Virus record (IMG/VR): IMGVR_UViG_3300031841_005656
Direction: 5' to 3' (one strand)
Source: an uncultured virus (IMG/VR IMGVR_UViG_3300031841_005656)
Lineage: Duplodnaviria > Heunggongvirae > Uroviricota > Caudoviricetes
DNA: 64,000 nt
Numbering within the stretch: the first letter of the stretch is position 1; each line of letters opens with the position of its first letter. The notes under the pieces were generated by a model. That model did not search any database, had not been told where the DNA came from, and saw only the letters and a program-made list of their open reading frames with translations. A program made the translations under genes and the position numbers. Below, piece after piece: positions 1 to 8,504 of this stretch.

Positions 1-2
1 TT

Positions 3-320
3 AGTTGGGGCAAAGAAGATAATATTCGTAGTCATTCTGATTATGCCGCCGAAAATATTCCTGTTTACGATATGGAGATTGCATGGGAGATCGAGCTAAA
101 GGCGAAAGATTATGCGATTGAACAGTTGCAAAATTGGAAAGAAGAAATACACGGTAAGAAGCAGATTGCCCCCAAAGCTCAAGTAAAACCCAAGCCACAA
201 CCCAAGCCACAACCAAAAGTGCAACCCAAAAAACAAGAAAAGCCAGAAGTTTTAAAAAATATTGACAAGAAAGATGATGTTTATACCGCATACAATCATG
301 TATATGGAATAAATACATAA
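3..320 (+). CDS. UV-damage endonuclease UvsE/UvdE family, C-terminal part (5' truncated by window edge), with a P/Q/K-rich tail
   Basis: Frame is open from position 3: SWGKEDNIRSHSDYAAENIPVYDMEIAWEIELKAKDYAIEQL resembles the UvsE C-terminal 'R-A-H-S-D-Y...E-x-K-x-K-x-x-A' pattern. Confidence 0.65.
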   Translation, partial: SWGKEDNIRSHSDYAAENIPVYDMEIAWEIELKAKDYAIEQLQNWKEEIHGKKQIAPKAQVKPKPQPKPQPKVQPKKQEKPEVLKNIDKKDDVYTAYNHVYGINT

Positions 321-327
321 AAAGTGC

Positions 328-361
328 TTGACGAACAAAAACTGATTGATAAAATTTCCGC
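328..361 (+). promoter_or_regulatory. sigma70-type promoter, leaderless (TTGACG-16-TAAAAT-6 nt-ATG)
   Basis: TTGACG 328-333, TAAAAT 350-355, ATG 362. Confidence 0.7.
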
Positions 362-580
362 ATGAGTTTGAACTTACTCGAAAGGCCAAAAGGCACTACT
401 CACGCACGAATCACCGTTGAACACGGTAAGAGAGGATTCGTGGCGATAAAAGATTTTGATTGTTTTCAAGGTGTTTCTGGACTCGTTACATTTTTGCGCG
501 AAACACGCAAAGGATACGAAGAATTAGGCACGATGGATTTTGATGGTATTTGGCCCATCGAAAAAACTGTTGAAGAATAA
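362..580 (+). CDS. hypothetical protein
   Basis: 72-aa ORF directly behind a consensus promoter. Confidence 0.7.
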   Translation: MSLNLLERPKGTTHARITVEHGKRGFVAIKDFDCFQGVSGLVTFLRETRKGYEELGTMDFDGIWPIEKTVEE

Positions 581-593
581 ATTTTTTAAAAAT

Positions 594-824
594 ATGAAAT
601 ACTTGTTAGCCGCGATTCTATTGACTACTGGTTGCACTCAAATCAAATACAAGCATCACGATCATGTTGATTATCGTTATTACGTTATGGATGTAAACGG
701 TACTGAGCCTGACGCTTCATTTGAAGATCGAAAGGACGCACAAAAATACGTTGACAAATTCAAAGAGTTCCACGAATATCGCATCGTAAAAGCGCAAAGC
801 TATACAAATACGAACGATAAATAA
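594..824 (+). CDS. small putative lipoprotein
   Basis: MKYLLAAILLTTGC lipobox-like signal; start moved to ATG 594. Confidence 0.6.
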   Translation: MKYLLAAILLTTGCTQIKYKHHDHVDYRYYVMDVNGTEPDASFEDRKDAQKYVDKFKEFHEYRIVKAQSYTNTNDK

Positions 825-830
825 GTTGCT

Positions 831-852
831 AAAGTTACTTTAAAGTTACTTT
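831..852. promoter_or_regulatory. tandem palindromic operator AAAGTTACTTT x2
   Basis: Two adjacent AAAGT-N-ACTTT palindromes 6 nt upstream of ORF 859; the same motif pair occurs at 38970-38992. Confidence 0.55.
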
Positions 853-858
853 GAAACA

Positions 859-1089
859 ATGCGGAAACCTAGAATCAGATTGGTAGACATTTATGATGTA
901 GTTGCAAAAGAAGTAGCATATCATCAAGATCAATCAAAAACTAATATTGCAAATATTATTAAAAATTATATTAAAACTTTGCGCTCAGAAGGATACATTG
1001 TTACGACTAGCGATAGCACAAGAGTTAACAGTAGTGCGAGAATCGTAAATCACTTATCATCAAAGACTTACGAAAAAAAAGTTTTTTAA
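859..1089 (+). CDS. putative ribbon-helix-helix DNA-binding protein
   Basis: N-terminal alternating strand PRIRL followed by two amphipathic helices (DIYDVVAKEVAYHQDQSKTNIANIIKNYI). Confidence 0.4.
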   Translation: MRKPRIRLVDIYDVVAKEVAYHQDQSKTNIANIIKNYIKTLRSEGYIVTTSDSTRVNSSARIVNHLSSKTYEKKVF

Positions 1090-1168
1090 GTCGTAAGTCT
1101 CTAATAATCAAAGAGTTACGATTATTGAAAATCAAAAGTTCTAAACCGTTAATAGTCAAAGAGTTATG
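1044..1168. repeat. three 29-bp imperfect palindromes at exact 48-bp period, each with an IHF-like core
   Basis: CGTAAATCACTTATCATCAAAGACTTACG (1044), CGTAAGTCTCTAATAATCAAAGAGTTACG (1092), TCTAAACCGTTAATAGTCAAAGAGTTATG (1140). Confidence 0.7.
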
Positions 1169-1172
1169 AGTT

Positions 1173-1304
1173 ATGAAAAAGAAAAAGATACGCAAGCAAG
1201 TTCCTTGGAACACGGGAGAAAGAGTTCATCAACCCAAAAAGGGTAAAGGCTCATACAATCGAAGCAAAAAAAATGATCGGCAAGATAAAGATACTAGAGA
1301 GTAA
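1173..1304 (+). CDS. 43-aa basic peptide with ArfA-like KKGKGSYxR motif (not in ORF track)
   Basis: MKKKKIRKQVPWNTGERVHQPKKGKGSYNRSKKNDRQDKDTRE. Confidence 0.6.
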   Translation: MKKKKIRKQVPWNTGERVHQPKKGKGSYNRSKKNDRQDKDTRE

Positions 1305-1542
1305 CAAGCCAGAAGTCATTCGCCCCAAGTTGTCAGTCGATGATGTTACATTGCATTTTTCTGGCTTGAATGAACATAAGTTGTCTTGGAGTACAGCAAA
1401 GACTTCAAAAGAATATATTGTTACGATTAGTTGCGTGACAGTTGAAGCTAAATCATTACTGATTGTTGCTTGCGTAAGTAAAGAAGGAAATGAGTTTTTT
1501 GATTTCGCAGATGTAGAATTTCGTTTTTATCCGAAAATATGA
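1273..1542 (+). CDS. hypothetical protein
   Basis: 89-aa ORF in co-oriented gene run. Confidence 0.55.
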   Translation: MIGKIKILESNKPEVIRPKLSVDDVTLHFSGLNEHKLSWSTAKTSKEYIVTISCVTVEAKSLLIVACVSKEGNEFFDFADVEFRFYPKI

Positions 1543-1668
1543 AAAAAGTTGAAATAATTGTTGACGAGCATGACATTGCTATGCTAGAGTTACTTCACGA
1601 CGAGATCGCGCCTCTCAAAACAGAGGAAGTTGCCTTGTTGAAAGTTTTAAATCAAATTGTTGCTAAAA

Positions 1669-2352
1669 ATGATTCAAACAGAAAAAGTTGAAAAGTTCTT
1701 TGATTCAATCAAAGATAAGGATATTGCCGCATATAATGATTATTGGGGCGAATTGAAACCACAATCGCAAAGCGCGATATTTCGCAGATATTTGTTTGCG
1801 TTTATGTCAGTACATACAAGTTGGAAAAACAACTGTAAAGGATATAATGCAATCAAACAATTCAGCAAATGGCAATACGAGGACGAACCGCAAATGCGAC
1901 TCTGGAATTATGATTCGGACGATTTATTCAGACGCATCAAAGAGACAAGGGTTGGTATGCAGAATAATCGAACTAATTATATCGGCAAGTTTTCTGATGC
2001 TTTTTGGGGCAATCCTAGTGACTACCTCGCTCGTAATACTGGTGAAGGATGGACTGAGTGGCGTGATCGGCTTGCCAAAAGCATTCTTGGGTTGGGCAAA
2101 GCGAAAACTTCGTTCGCAATCGAAATGATGTTTCCACTTGAAGCTCAAGTTGTTTGCATGGACACTCATTTGTTTCAAGTTTATGGATTAAACCAAAGCA
2201 AAAATGCCAAGTTATACAACGATATTGAGGCAGATTGGCTACAACGTAGTGCAGACCGTGACATTGCACCGTACATGGCACGTTGCATTTATTGGGATAA
2301 GAACCAGAATCGCAAAAATTCTCGCTACTGGAGCAAAGTTTTAGAGAAATGA
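1669..2352 (+). CDS. HhH-superfamily DNA N-glycosylase/AP lyase (Ogg-like)
   Basis: HhH motif ILGLGKAKTSF followed by VCMDTH (catalytic Lys and Asp positions). Confidence 0.7.
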   Translation: MIQTEKVEKFFDSIKDKDIAAYNDYWGELKPQSQSAIFRRYLFAFMSVHTSWKNNCKGYNAIKQFSKWQYEDEPQMRLWNYDSDDLFRRIKETRVGMQNNRTNYIGKFSDAFWGNPSDYLARNTGEGWTEWRDRLAKSILGLGKAKTSFAIEMMFPLEAQVVCMDTHLFQVYGLNQSKNAKLYNDIEADWLQRSADRDIAPYMARCIYWDKNQNRKNSRYWSKVLEK

Positions 2353-2552
2353 CCACATACGAAGGCATCCGACAAGCTCAAATCGCGGCTCGACATTATG
2401 CAAATTTGCTCGCAGAAAAGTCGAAGAAGCGTATTTCTAAAAAAAATTCCAAGCAAGACAAGGAATATTACAAATCTCAAGCAGCCAAATATGATGAAGC
2501 AGCATCAATTTTGTTGAGCGTTGTGAATAATTGGGATGACATTGACGATTAA
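2349..2552 (+). CDS. hypothetical protein
   Basis: ATGA-coupled to upstream gene. Confidence 0.6.
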   Translation: MTTYEGIRQAQIAARHYANLLAEKSKKRISKKNSKQDKEYYKSQAAKYDEAASILLSVVNNWDDIDD

Positions 2553-2557
2553 AAAAC

Positions 2558-2935
2558 ATGATCGGTGAAAATTATTTAAAATTTCAGAATGGCAACTCGC
2601 GTGATATAATTACATGGGTATTCTGCGAGGATTGTTATCGGGAAGATGAATCAAAGCGAGAAATACCAAACTATATGACAGAAGAAGTTGATATAGTAAA
2701 AGTAGATTCTGATTTTGATGGCCCGACTATTAAATTTAATTGCCCAAAATGCAAAGAGGCCAAGCGTCCTTGGAAGAAAGAGTCTCGCGTACAAATTACC
2801 GCAAATGAATTTCAAGCGCATCCGTTTTTAGACCCTGACTACGACCCCTCTAATAGCGATTTATCAGACGAATTTCTTTACGAAAATTTTCAAGAGCAAC
2901 TAGATATAGCGAAATTTGTTAAAGACAATGAATAA
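2558..2935 (+). CDS. hypothetical protein with two CxxC motifs (Zn ribbon)
   Basis: CEDC ... CPKC. Confidence 0.6.
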   Translation: MIGENYLKFQNGNSRDIITWVFCEDCYREDESKREIPNYMTEEVDIVKVDSDFDGPTIKFNCPKCKEAKRPWKKESRVQITANEFQAHPFLDPDYDPSNSDLSDEFLYENFQEQLDIAKFVKDNE

Positions 2936-3146
2936 AATAAAACTCAACTACGGCAAAGCATCAAATAGATTAAACGAATTAAATCAAAATATGCCGTTTG
3001 CTAAAGTAGAATTTGATCGCCTCATCAATAGCATAGCGAGTTGGCAAAATACCTACACGCTCAAAATGGAAGTCAAGTTGATAGATGATTTAAATAAATT
3101 GCAAAAAAAATGGGAACGCAAAGCCATTTTAGAAGCAAATAAATAA
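2928..3146 (+). CDS. hypothetical protein
   Basis: ORF overlapping upstream stop. Confidence 0.55.
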   Translation: MNKIKLNYGKASNRLNELNQNMPFAKVEFDRLINSIASWQNTYTLKMEVKLIDDLNKLQKKWERKAILEANK

Positions 3147-3149
3147 TTT

Positions 3150-3326
3150 ATGGGTAAAGGAGATAAACCAAGAAATTGTTTTTCGTCAGAATTTAAAAAA
3201 AATTTTGATGAAATCGACTGGAAAAAACCAGCAAAAAAGTATGATAAGTTTAGAGCAGTAGCAACTACTGACCAAGACGATATAGAAAATGGCGCATTTA
3301 ATTCAACTGACAGATCAAAACACTAA
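3150..3326 (+). CDS. small phage protein (MGKGDKPR...F..NFD.I.W type; not in ORF track)
   Basis: 58-aa ORF filling the gap; N-terminus resembles a common small phage protein family. Confidence 0.5.
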   Translation: MGKGDKPRNCFSSEFKKNFDEIDWKKPAKKYDKFRAVATTDQDDIENGAFNSTDRSKH

Positions 3327-3492
3327 TCAAGAAATATTATTTAATCTTGATACGGTTGTTTCAATCGAAAGAGCAGCAGGGCAAACGGTAATTACAACCC
3401 GTTGGGGTAGACAACAAGTGCAAGAATCGCTCGATTATATTTTGGTAAAAGCAAGGGAAAACTCAGCGACAGTCGCAGCAGGAGATATTTAA
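3289..3492 (+). CDS. FlbD-family-like small protein
   Basis: LIQLT...ILFNLDTVVSIE....TVIT...G...VQES pattern typical of FlbD. Confidence 0.55.
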   Translation: MAHLIQLTDQNTNQEILFNLDTVVSIERAAGQTVITTRWGRQQVQESLDYILVKARENSATVAAGDI

Positions 3493-3493
3493 T

Positions 3494-3712
3494 ATGGAAT
3501 TAGTTGAATCACATACAAGACAGGATGCCGATTTGGGAGGCACGTTTATTTCAGAAAAAGAAGTGACACTTAACTTCAAGGGAGACGATTTAAAATACTT
3601 GCACGAAATGTATCACGGCACAAGAAGCGAATATACAGAAGAACAAATTGAAACATTGAACGAATTATTGGGGCATATACTTGAAGGCGTAAGCAATTAC
3701 GATTTAGTTTAA
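3494..3712 (+). CDS. hypothetical protein
   Basis: 72-aa acidic ORF. Confidence 0.55.
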   Translation: MELVESHTRQDADLGGTFISEKEVTLNFKGDDLKYLHEMYHGTRSEYTEEQIETLNELLGHILEGVSNYDLV

Positions 3713-3855
3713 ATACATGGGCGAAAAACAAAAACTACAAATCGAAAAAGTTTTAAAAAAATTTAATGAGAATTTGCTGCTGATTTTGGTGCTTCTAGGG
3801 CTTATGTTCACCTCAATTTTAATCATTTCACTTGTTCATTACATTGTAATACATC

Positions 3856-4059
3856 ATGTCTAAACAACAATACGCCGCAAAATACAGAATAAAAGGCGCA
3901 AAAGATTGGAGCAATATCTATTTTTGGGCCGACAATGACGAAGAAGCGCAACAAGAATGGGAGAAAAGTTTTAAATATGAGTGGAGCAGCATGGAATATG
4001 CGTTGGAAAAAATTGAAAAAAAGTCTGAAAAAGATGTTGACGCATCGAAGGACGCATGA
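3856..4059 (+). CDS. hypothetical protein
   Basis: 67-aa ORF. Confidence 0.55.
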   Translation: MSKQQYAAKYRIKGAKDWSNIYFWADNDEEAQQEWEKSFKYEWSSMEYALEKIEKKSEKDVDASKDA

Positions 4060-4071
4060 TATTGTTTTTGC

Positions 4072-4488
4072 ATGACTACTGACATCAATCAGATCAAAGC
4101 TCAAATCAGCAAGTGCCAAGTTGAAATGTCTGCACCTCATAACGAGGGTTACACTCGCAAGTTCTACGAAGAACAGTATCACAAATTGACTGCTCTGGTG
4201 AACAAGCTGGAGACTGAGGGAGACATTGTTTCCAAGTCTGAACGGCGCATTGAATTGGAGGAAAATTTTCCTGAGTCAGTATTTGCTGATGGTTTTGATG
4301 ATGCTATTATTGGTTGGGATGGTAATTCGCAAAGTATTTCTTATTCTTACCATAAGTGTATTGATATTTTGCGTGAACGTGATGGTATGTCACTTGAAGA
4401 AGCGCATGAATTTATGGAATATAACGTAGTTTCAGCGTATGTTGGTGATTATACCCCATTATTCATTCATTGTTACGAAAATATATAA
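4072..4488 (+). CDS. conserved phage protein (ADGFDDAIIG...EEA.EF..YN...AYVG..TP.F domain)
   Basis: Recognisable widespread phage domain; leaderless promoter TTGACG(4037)-17-TATTGT-6-ATG. Confidence 0.75.
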   Translation: MTTDINQIKAQISKCQVEMSAPHNEGYTRKFYEEQYHKLTALVNKLETEGDIVSKSERRIELEENFPESVFADGFDDAIIGWDGNSQSISYSYHKCIDILRERDGMSLEEAHEFMEYNVVSAYVGDYTPLFIHCYENI

Positions 4489-4662
4489 TTCGTACATAAT
4501 TCTCTATAAGAATAAATAAATAACAATAGGTAAACATAAATAGAGTAGAAAGTAAATTATTTAAAATATTTAAAAAAATATAAGGAAATTTAAAAAATAT
4601 GTACTACGCCCCCTTTCTCTCTCGCCAGCCTCTCTCTTTCCCCAAAATTTATTAAAATTTAA

Positions 4663-4914
4663 ATGAATCAAATACAATATATAATACATAAGAATATAAT
4701 GTTAATATTAAGTGTGTTTTTATTACTTGCTTTAATTATAGGTAAAGTAGATTTAATAACAGGTATACTAATACATTGTATGTGGTTTATATTTGGTTTT
4801 ATTTCGTTCCAGAGGGGATACGAACAAAAGGTAGACGAAGAAATGACTCTATATTATAGACAAAAAATAGATAAAGAATATAATAAAATAAATAATGAAA
4901 TCAGTAACAATTAA
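4663..4914 (+). CDS. small membrane protein
   Basis: Two hydrophobic segments in a very AT-rich stretch. Confidence 0.45.
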   Translation: MNQIQYIIHKNIMLILSVFLLLALIIGKVDLITGILIHCMWFIFGFISFQRGYEQKVDEEMTLYYRQKIDKEYNKINNEISNN

Positions 4915-5068
4915 AATTGGAGACTATGATCTTGAAACATTAGAAAAAATATTTTCTAATGAGGCCGACTTCAAACCCAAAGACCCCCGCGACGAACTCA
5001 TCATCGAGATCATGCGTCAGGTTGTGAACAATCCGAAGATTGATTTGGGGCGCGACGAAAACGCCTAA
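4895..5068 (+). CDS. hypothetical protein (57 aa; not in ORF track)
   Basis: MKSVTIKIGDYDLETLEKIFSNEADFKPKDPRDELIIEIMRQVV... Confidence 0.5.
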   Translation: MKSVTIKIGDYDLETLEKIFSNEADFKPKDPRDELIIEIMRQVVNNPKIDLGRDENA

Positions 5069-5215
5069 TTGTGAATGAAATATTGCCAAATATAATGCCC
5101 AAAATTTTTTAAAATTTAAAAGCATTAAATTAAATTTTTTTAAATTTGTTGGAATTATGAACGATATTTTGCGAAATATAAGCATTCAAATTATGAACAA
5201 TATTATACCAAATAT

Positions 5216-5401
5216 ATGTATGACGAACAATTTTATGACAACGAGATAAATTTAAATAAAAATTTATTAAAATTTGGCGACAAGAAACAACGTAAACAAG
5301 CTGAAAAAAATTTATTAGAATTGCGCGGAAGGTTGATGTTTGAATTACGAGCGGCAAATAAACAAATAAAGGATATTTTAAATAACCCAAATTATGAATG
5401 A
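5216..5401 (+). CDS. hypothetical protein
   Basis: 61-aa ORF. Confidence 0.45.
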   Translation: MYDEQFYDNEINLNKNLLKFGDKKQRKQAEKNLLELRGRLMFELRAANKQIKDILNNPNYE

Positions 5402-5498
5402 TTTTTTGCTAAATAACAAGTATAGTTGAAAAGTAGTTTCATCGTATGTTTCACATTGTAAATACAAAAAGTGTATTTCTAATCATAAACATAGATGT

Positions 5499-5771
5499 TC
5501 AACGCCCCAATTTTTTTAAAATTTGTGAAAGTTTTTTAGCGAAATAAGTAATTTTTTCCTCGTCAGTTCCCCAGAAAAATGCGTGACTCAATTCATGAAT
5601 TAAAGTTTCATTGTAATTATCATCATCTTGATGAGGATTTATTAAAATTTTGGCGCAACCTCCGTCCTTGGGCGGATAGCAAATTCCCTCAGCCTCAATT
5701 TCTTTTCGCGGTTTACGTATTTTTAATTCATATTTTTGTCCCTCGTAATTGGTGAATTTAAGACTTGACAT
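5499..5771 (-). CDS. small zincin-like metallopeptidase (HExxH)
   Basis: EGIC...ILIN...ETLIHELSHAFF. Confidence 0.65.
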   Translation of the reverse strand: MSSLKFTNYEGQKYELKIRKPRKEIEAEGICYPPKDGGCAKILINPHQDDDNYNETLIHELSHAFFWGTDEEKITYFAKKLSQILKKLGR

Positions 5772-5860
5772 ACCACATATAATATACATCAAAAAAAGTT
5801 ATTAAAAAAAATATTTAAAAAAAAGTTGACATGATATGTTGACTGACATATATTTTTCGC

Positions 5861-6127
5861 ATGGCCAAGGTCACTTACAATAAAGACGGTACGCCGCGCA
5901 AGAAAGGCAGCGGACGTAAGAAAGGCAGCGTCAGTTTAATGACCGTAAAATTGCGCGATTTAATCGCAGCAGGACTTGGTGATGATGACGATGTTGTTAT
6001 TGGTAGAAAATTCAACGATGAACTTTTTAAAAAAATTGTTGACAAACCTGCTCCAGTAGAGGACACTTCTTCTGCTGCTGATGCGGTGCAAGAAAAAATC
6101 GCATACAAGTTAACCACATTCGATTGA
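5861..6127 (+). CDS. hypothetical protein with basic N-terminal DNA-binding-like motif
   Basis: GTPRKKGSGRKKGS; leaderless promoter TTGACA(5826)-17-TATATT-6-ATG. Confidence 0.65.
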   Translation: MAKVTYNKDGTPRKKGSGRKKGSVSLMTVKLRDLIAAGLGDDDDVVIGRKFNDELFKKIVDKPAPVEDTSSAADAVQEKIAYKLTTFD

Positions 6128-6128
6128 T

Positions 6129-7073
6129 ATGTCAGAACCATTTGCTGAACTGTTTGGACAAAACAACGTCAAGAAACGCTTAAAATTTTATTTAAAAGCG
6201 TTTGAAAATACAAGTATTTGCCCGTTCCTATTGCTCGTCGGGGCCAAGGGGTTGGGTAAAACTGAGTTTGCGCGGCAATTTGCCAGTAACTTGAGCAATC
6301 AAGATGGTAAGTCCCGCCCATTTCTTGAGCTTAACTGCTCCACAATAAAAAATCTGGAGGGATTCTTCGACCAGATTTATATTCCGCTCGTCATGGACAA
6401 CGAGATCACCGTATTGTTCGACGAGGCACATGAGTTGCCCAAGGACGTAACCAATGCGTTCCTCACGGTATTTAATACTGAGCGCGGACATACCCGCGAC
6501 TTTCGTTGGCGCGACGGCGAATACCCGTTTGACTTCAAGAAGCAGACTTTTTTGTTTGCTACAACCGAGCCAGACAAGTTGTTCCCGCCGCTCAAAGATC
6601 GCCTCACGACAGTTGATTTTGAGGATTATTCTGCATCTGAATTGGCAAAAATTCTTGAATCTCAATGCGAAGATATTTCGTTTGAGGAATCGGTGCTGGT
6701 CAAGTTGGCTGAAACGTCTCGCGGCAATGCGCGAGATTGTGTTAAACGAGCAAAAGATATTGAGTTGTTTTGCTCCGCGAAGGGGTCGAAGATATTCATG
6801 GAATCTGATTTCCCTGACTTCTGCGACCAGTTGGGTATCAATCCGTTGGGCGTGAGTCACATTGAGAAAAAAATTCTCAAGATTTTGCGCGAGGAAGGTC
6901 AGGCATCGTTGCAGGAGTTGTGCGCGAAAACTGGCATGAGTCGTACTGCGATTCAACGTGACGTTGAACTTTATTTGATGAAGAAAAATCTTATTAAGAT
7001 CGACGGCAAGCGGCATATCACCAAGGCAGGTAGCGATTATATTGATACAGATGTCAAGTCAAAAACAGCGTAA
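6129..7073 (+). CDS. ruvB: RuvB-like Holliday junction branch-migration AAA+ ATPase
   Basis: F.ELFGQ..VK, Walker A GAKGLGKT, Walker B FDEAH, ATT...L..PL.DR, SRG..R, C-terminal winged helix (VE.YL.....I.....R.IT..G). Confidence 0.85.
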   Translation: MSEPFAELFGQNNVKKRLKFYLKAFENTSICPFLLLVGAKGLGKTEFARQFASNLSNQDGKSRPFLELNCSTIKNLEGFFDQIYIPLVMDNEITVLFDEAHELPKDVTNAFLTVFNTERGHTRDFRWRDGEYPFDFKKQTFLFATTEPDKLFPPLKDRLTTVDFEDYSASELAKILESQCEDISFEESVLVKLAETSRGNARDCVKRAKDIELFCSAKGSKIFMESDFPDFCDQLGINPLGVSHIEKKILKILREEGQASLQELCAKTGMSRTAIQRDVELYLMKKNLIKIDGKRHITKAGSDYIDTDVKSKTA

Positions 7074-7242
7074 GCATATCGAGGATATGCGGAGGGAGGT
7101 CGTGGAGCTTTGCTCCACGACCTCCAACAAGGTGAAGATCTCTCGTATGTGGGAAGCGGCGACCGGCAACATGGCACTCAACGATTACGAAGATAGCGAA
7201 TATGTCAATGTAATAATATATAATGGGCCGGATAAAAAATAG
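7051..7242 (+). CDS. hypothetical protein
   Basis: ORF overlapping ruvB end. Confidence 0.45.
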   Translation: MSSQKQRKHIEDMRREVVELCSTTSNKVKISRMWEAATGNMALNDYEDSEYVNVIIYNGPDKK

Positions 7243-7402
7243 AATTGTAAATAATAAAAAGCTAAATAAATAAACACTAAATAAGTAAATAATATAATTG
7301 TAAATAAATAAATTGTAAATAAGGCAAATACAAATAAGTGAATTATAAATAACTTAATAACAAATAAAGGGCGCGATATATAATTATAAAATTTTAATAA
7401 AT
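7243..7402. other. very AT-rich non-coding tract with iterated TAAAT/CAAAT words
   Basis: Directly abuts 47-bp element copy 1; similar tract at 11320-11450 abuts copy 4. Confidence 0.7.
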
Positions 7403-7449
7403 TTGTAATCTAACGCGGCGCGGCGACCCCGCAGCCTGTTAGATGTCAA
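7403..7449 (+). repeat. 47-bp element copy 1 (degenerate left arm)
   Basis: TTGTAATCTAACG-CGGC-GCGG-CGACC-CCGC-AGCC-TGTTAGATGTCAA. Confidence 0.85.
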
Positions 7450-7451
7450 GG

Positions 7452-7481
7452 AAAAAAAATCTCCTTTCGGAGATTTTTTTT
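7452..7481. terminator. bidirectional intrinsic terminator
   Basis: A8-TCTCC-TTTC-GGAGA-T8. Confidence 0.75.
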
Positions 7482-7488
7482 ATCAACC

Positions 7489-8121
7489 TCAGTGCTTTTT
7501 GTAATTGATATTCTCAACCGAACCGTCCCAACAAGCGCGGCACTCGGCGCACTGGTTGTCCTGTTTTGAGGCTGGACAGTTGAACCCGTCAGGAGAAACA
7601 CCGCTTGTTGTTAATCCTAATTTTTTTGCCAAGCTAGTTGGCGGCTTGCCGTCTATCATGTAAGCGGACAGTCTTATTGTCAAATTTTTTGGCACTTTAG
7701 CGAATTTCATCCACTCCCGCACGAAACCGTATTCTCTGGTTGGCAACCAAAATTTAATGTTGGGCAATCGCCTTGCAACCTCTGCAATCTTCTCAAGATG
7801 CCAGACACCTTGAACATCGCCGCTATCATGCCAGCGAAAATATCCGCTCTTCTCTTGCTTGCCGATAAGAAAAACCATGTAGTCCACCCAATGCAAACTA
7901 CTTAAAGATTTTAACCGTTTTTCCATTGCCGCGATAACATTCGGAAAAACATAACGGCCTTTTTTGGCGTAGCAAATTGAACAGATAGAATCAACTATCT
8001 TGGCCAGCTTGCTGCCCGTGATACAATCTTTTGCTGGCGTGCTGTATCCGTGGCCCGGCATCTTGGACGGCTTGGACAACGAACCAACTTTCTGTGTGAC
8101 TTCTTTGACGGTCATTCTCAT
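7489..8121 (-). CDS. phage GP88-family protein (Cys-rich)
   Basis: LSKPSKMPG..YS.PA..C..G.......S.C..CYA.KG.Y, YFRWHDSGD, FWLPTRE, C-terminal CPA...C..CR.CW. Confidence 0.75.
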   Translation of the reverse strand: MRMTVKEVTQKVGSLSKPSKMPGHGYSTPAKDCITGSKLAKIVDSICSICYAKKGRYVFPNVIAAMEKRLKSLSSLHWVDYMVFLIGKQEKSGYFRWHDSGDVQGVWHLEKIAEVARRLPNIKFWLPTREYGFVREWMKFAKVPKNLTIRLSAYMIDGKPPTSLAKKLGLTTSGVSPDGFNCPASKQDNQCAECRACWDGSVENINYKKH

Positions 8122-8155
8122 AACAAAAAAAATTTAACAGCTATCTGTGCAAATG

Positions 8156-8365
8156 TCAACCCCCAAACACAGAATCTTGACACGTTTGACACAGCTTAGA
8201 TATGCCGTACTCTTTGCGTGAAATTTCATCACGGAAATGATTTGCATCTGCGCCGCATGAAATGCACAATTGGTTGTCGGAAGAAACCTCGCGACTGCGG
8301 CCAAACAATTGCTGGCCCATGTTTTCAAGAAAAGATTCCATTTGATGGCTCTTATTTGTTTCCAT
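8156..8365 (-). CDS. small Zn-finger phage protein
   Basis: CISCG...FRDEISRKEYGISKLCQTCQDSVFG; promoter TTGACA-16-TAGACT-6-ATG. Confidence 0.7.
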   Translation of the reverse strand: METNKSHQMESFLENMGQQLFGRSREVSSDNQLCISCGADANHFRDEISRKEYGISKLCQTCQDSVFGG

Positions 8366-8433
8366 GCCCCAAGTCTACAGTAAAGCGGCCGAATGTCAAA
8401 TTTTAAAAAAACTTTTTTTAAAAAAGTTTTTGG

Positions 8434-8480
8434 TTGACTTCTAACGCTTCGCGGGCGGCCCGCCGGCCGTTAGATGTCAA
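8434..8480 (+). repeat. 47-bp element copy 2
   Basis: TTGACTTCTAACG-CTTC-GCGG-GCGGC-CCGC-CGGC-CGTTAGATGTCAA. Confidence 0.95.
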
Positions 8481-8504
8481 GGGAAAAATCAAAAAAATTC
8501 AAAG

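Noticed and set aside
1044..1168. 29-bp repeats as a mini-CRISPR
   Set aside because: Only three divergent repeats with 19-bp low-complexity spacers; an IHF-like binding array fits better.
4490..5215. AT-rich stretch as a further origin or repeat locus
   Set aside because: Mostly accounted for by small AT-rich ORFs; no element copy or clear iteron seen.
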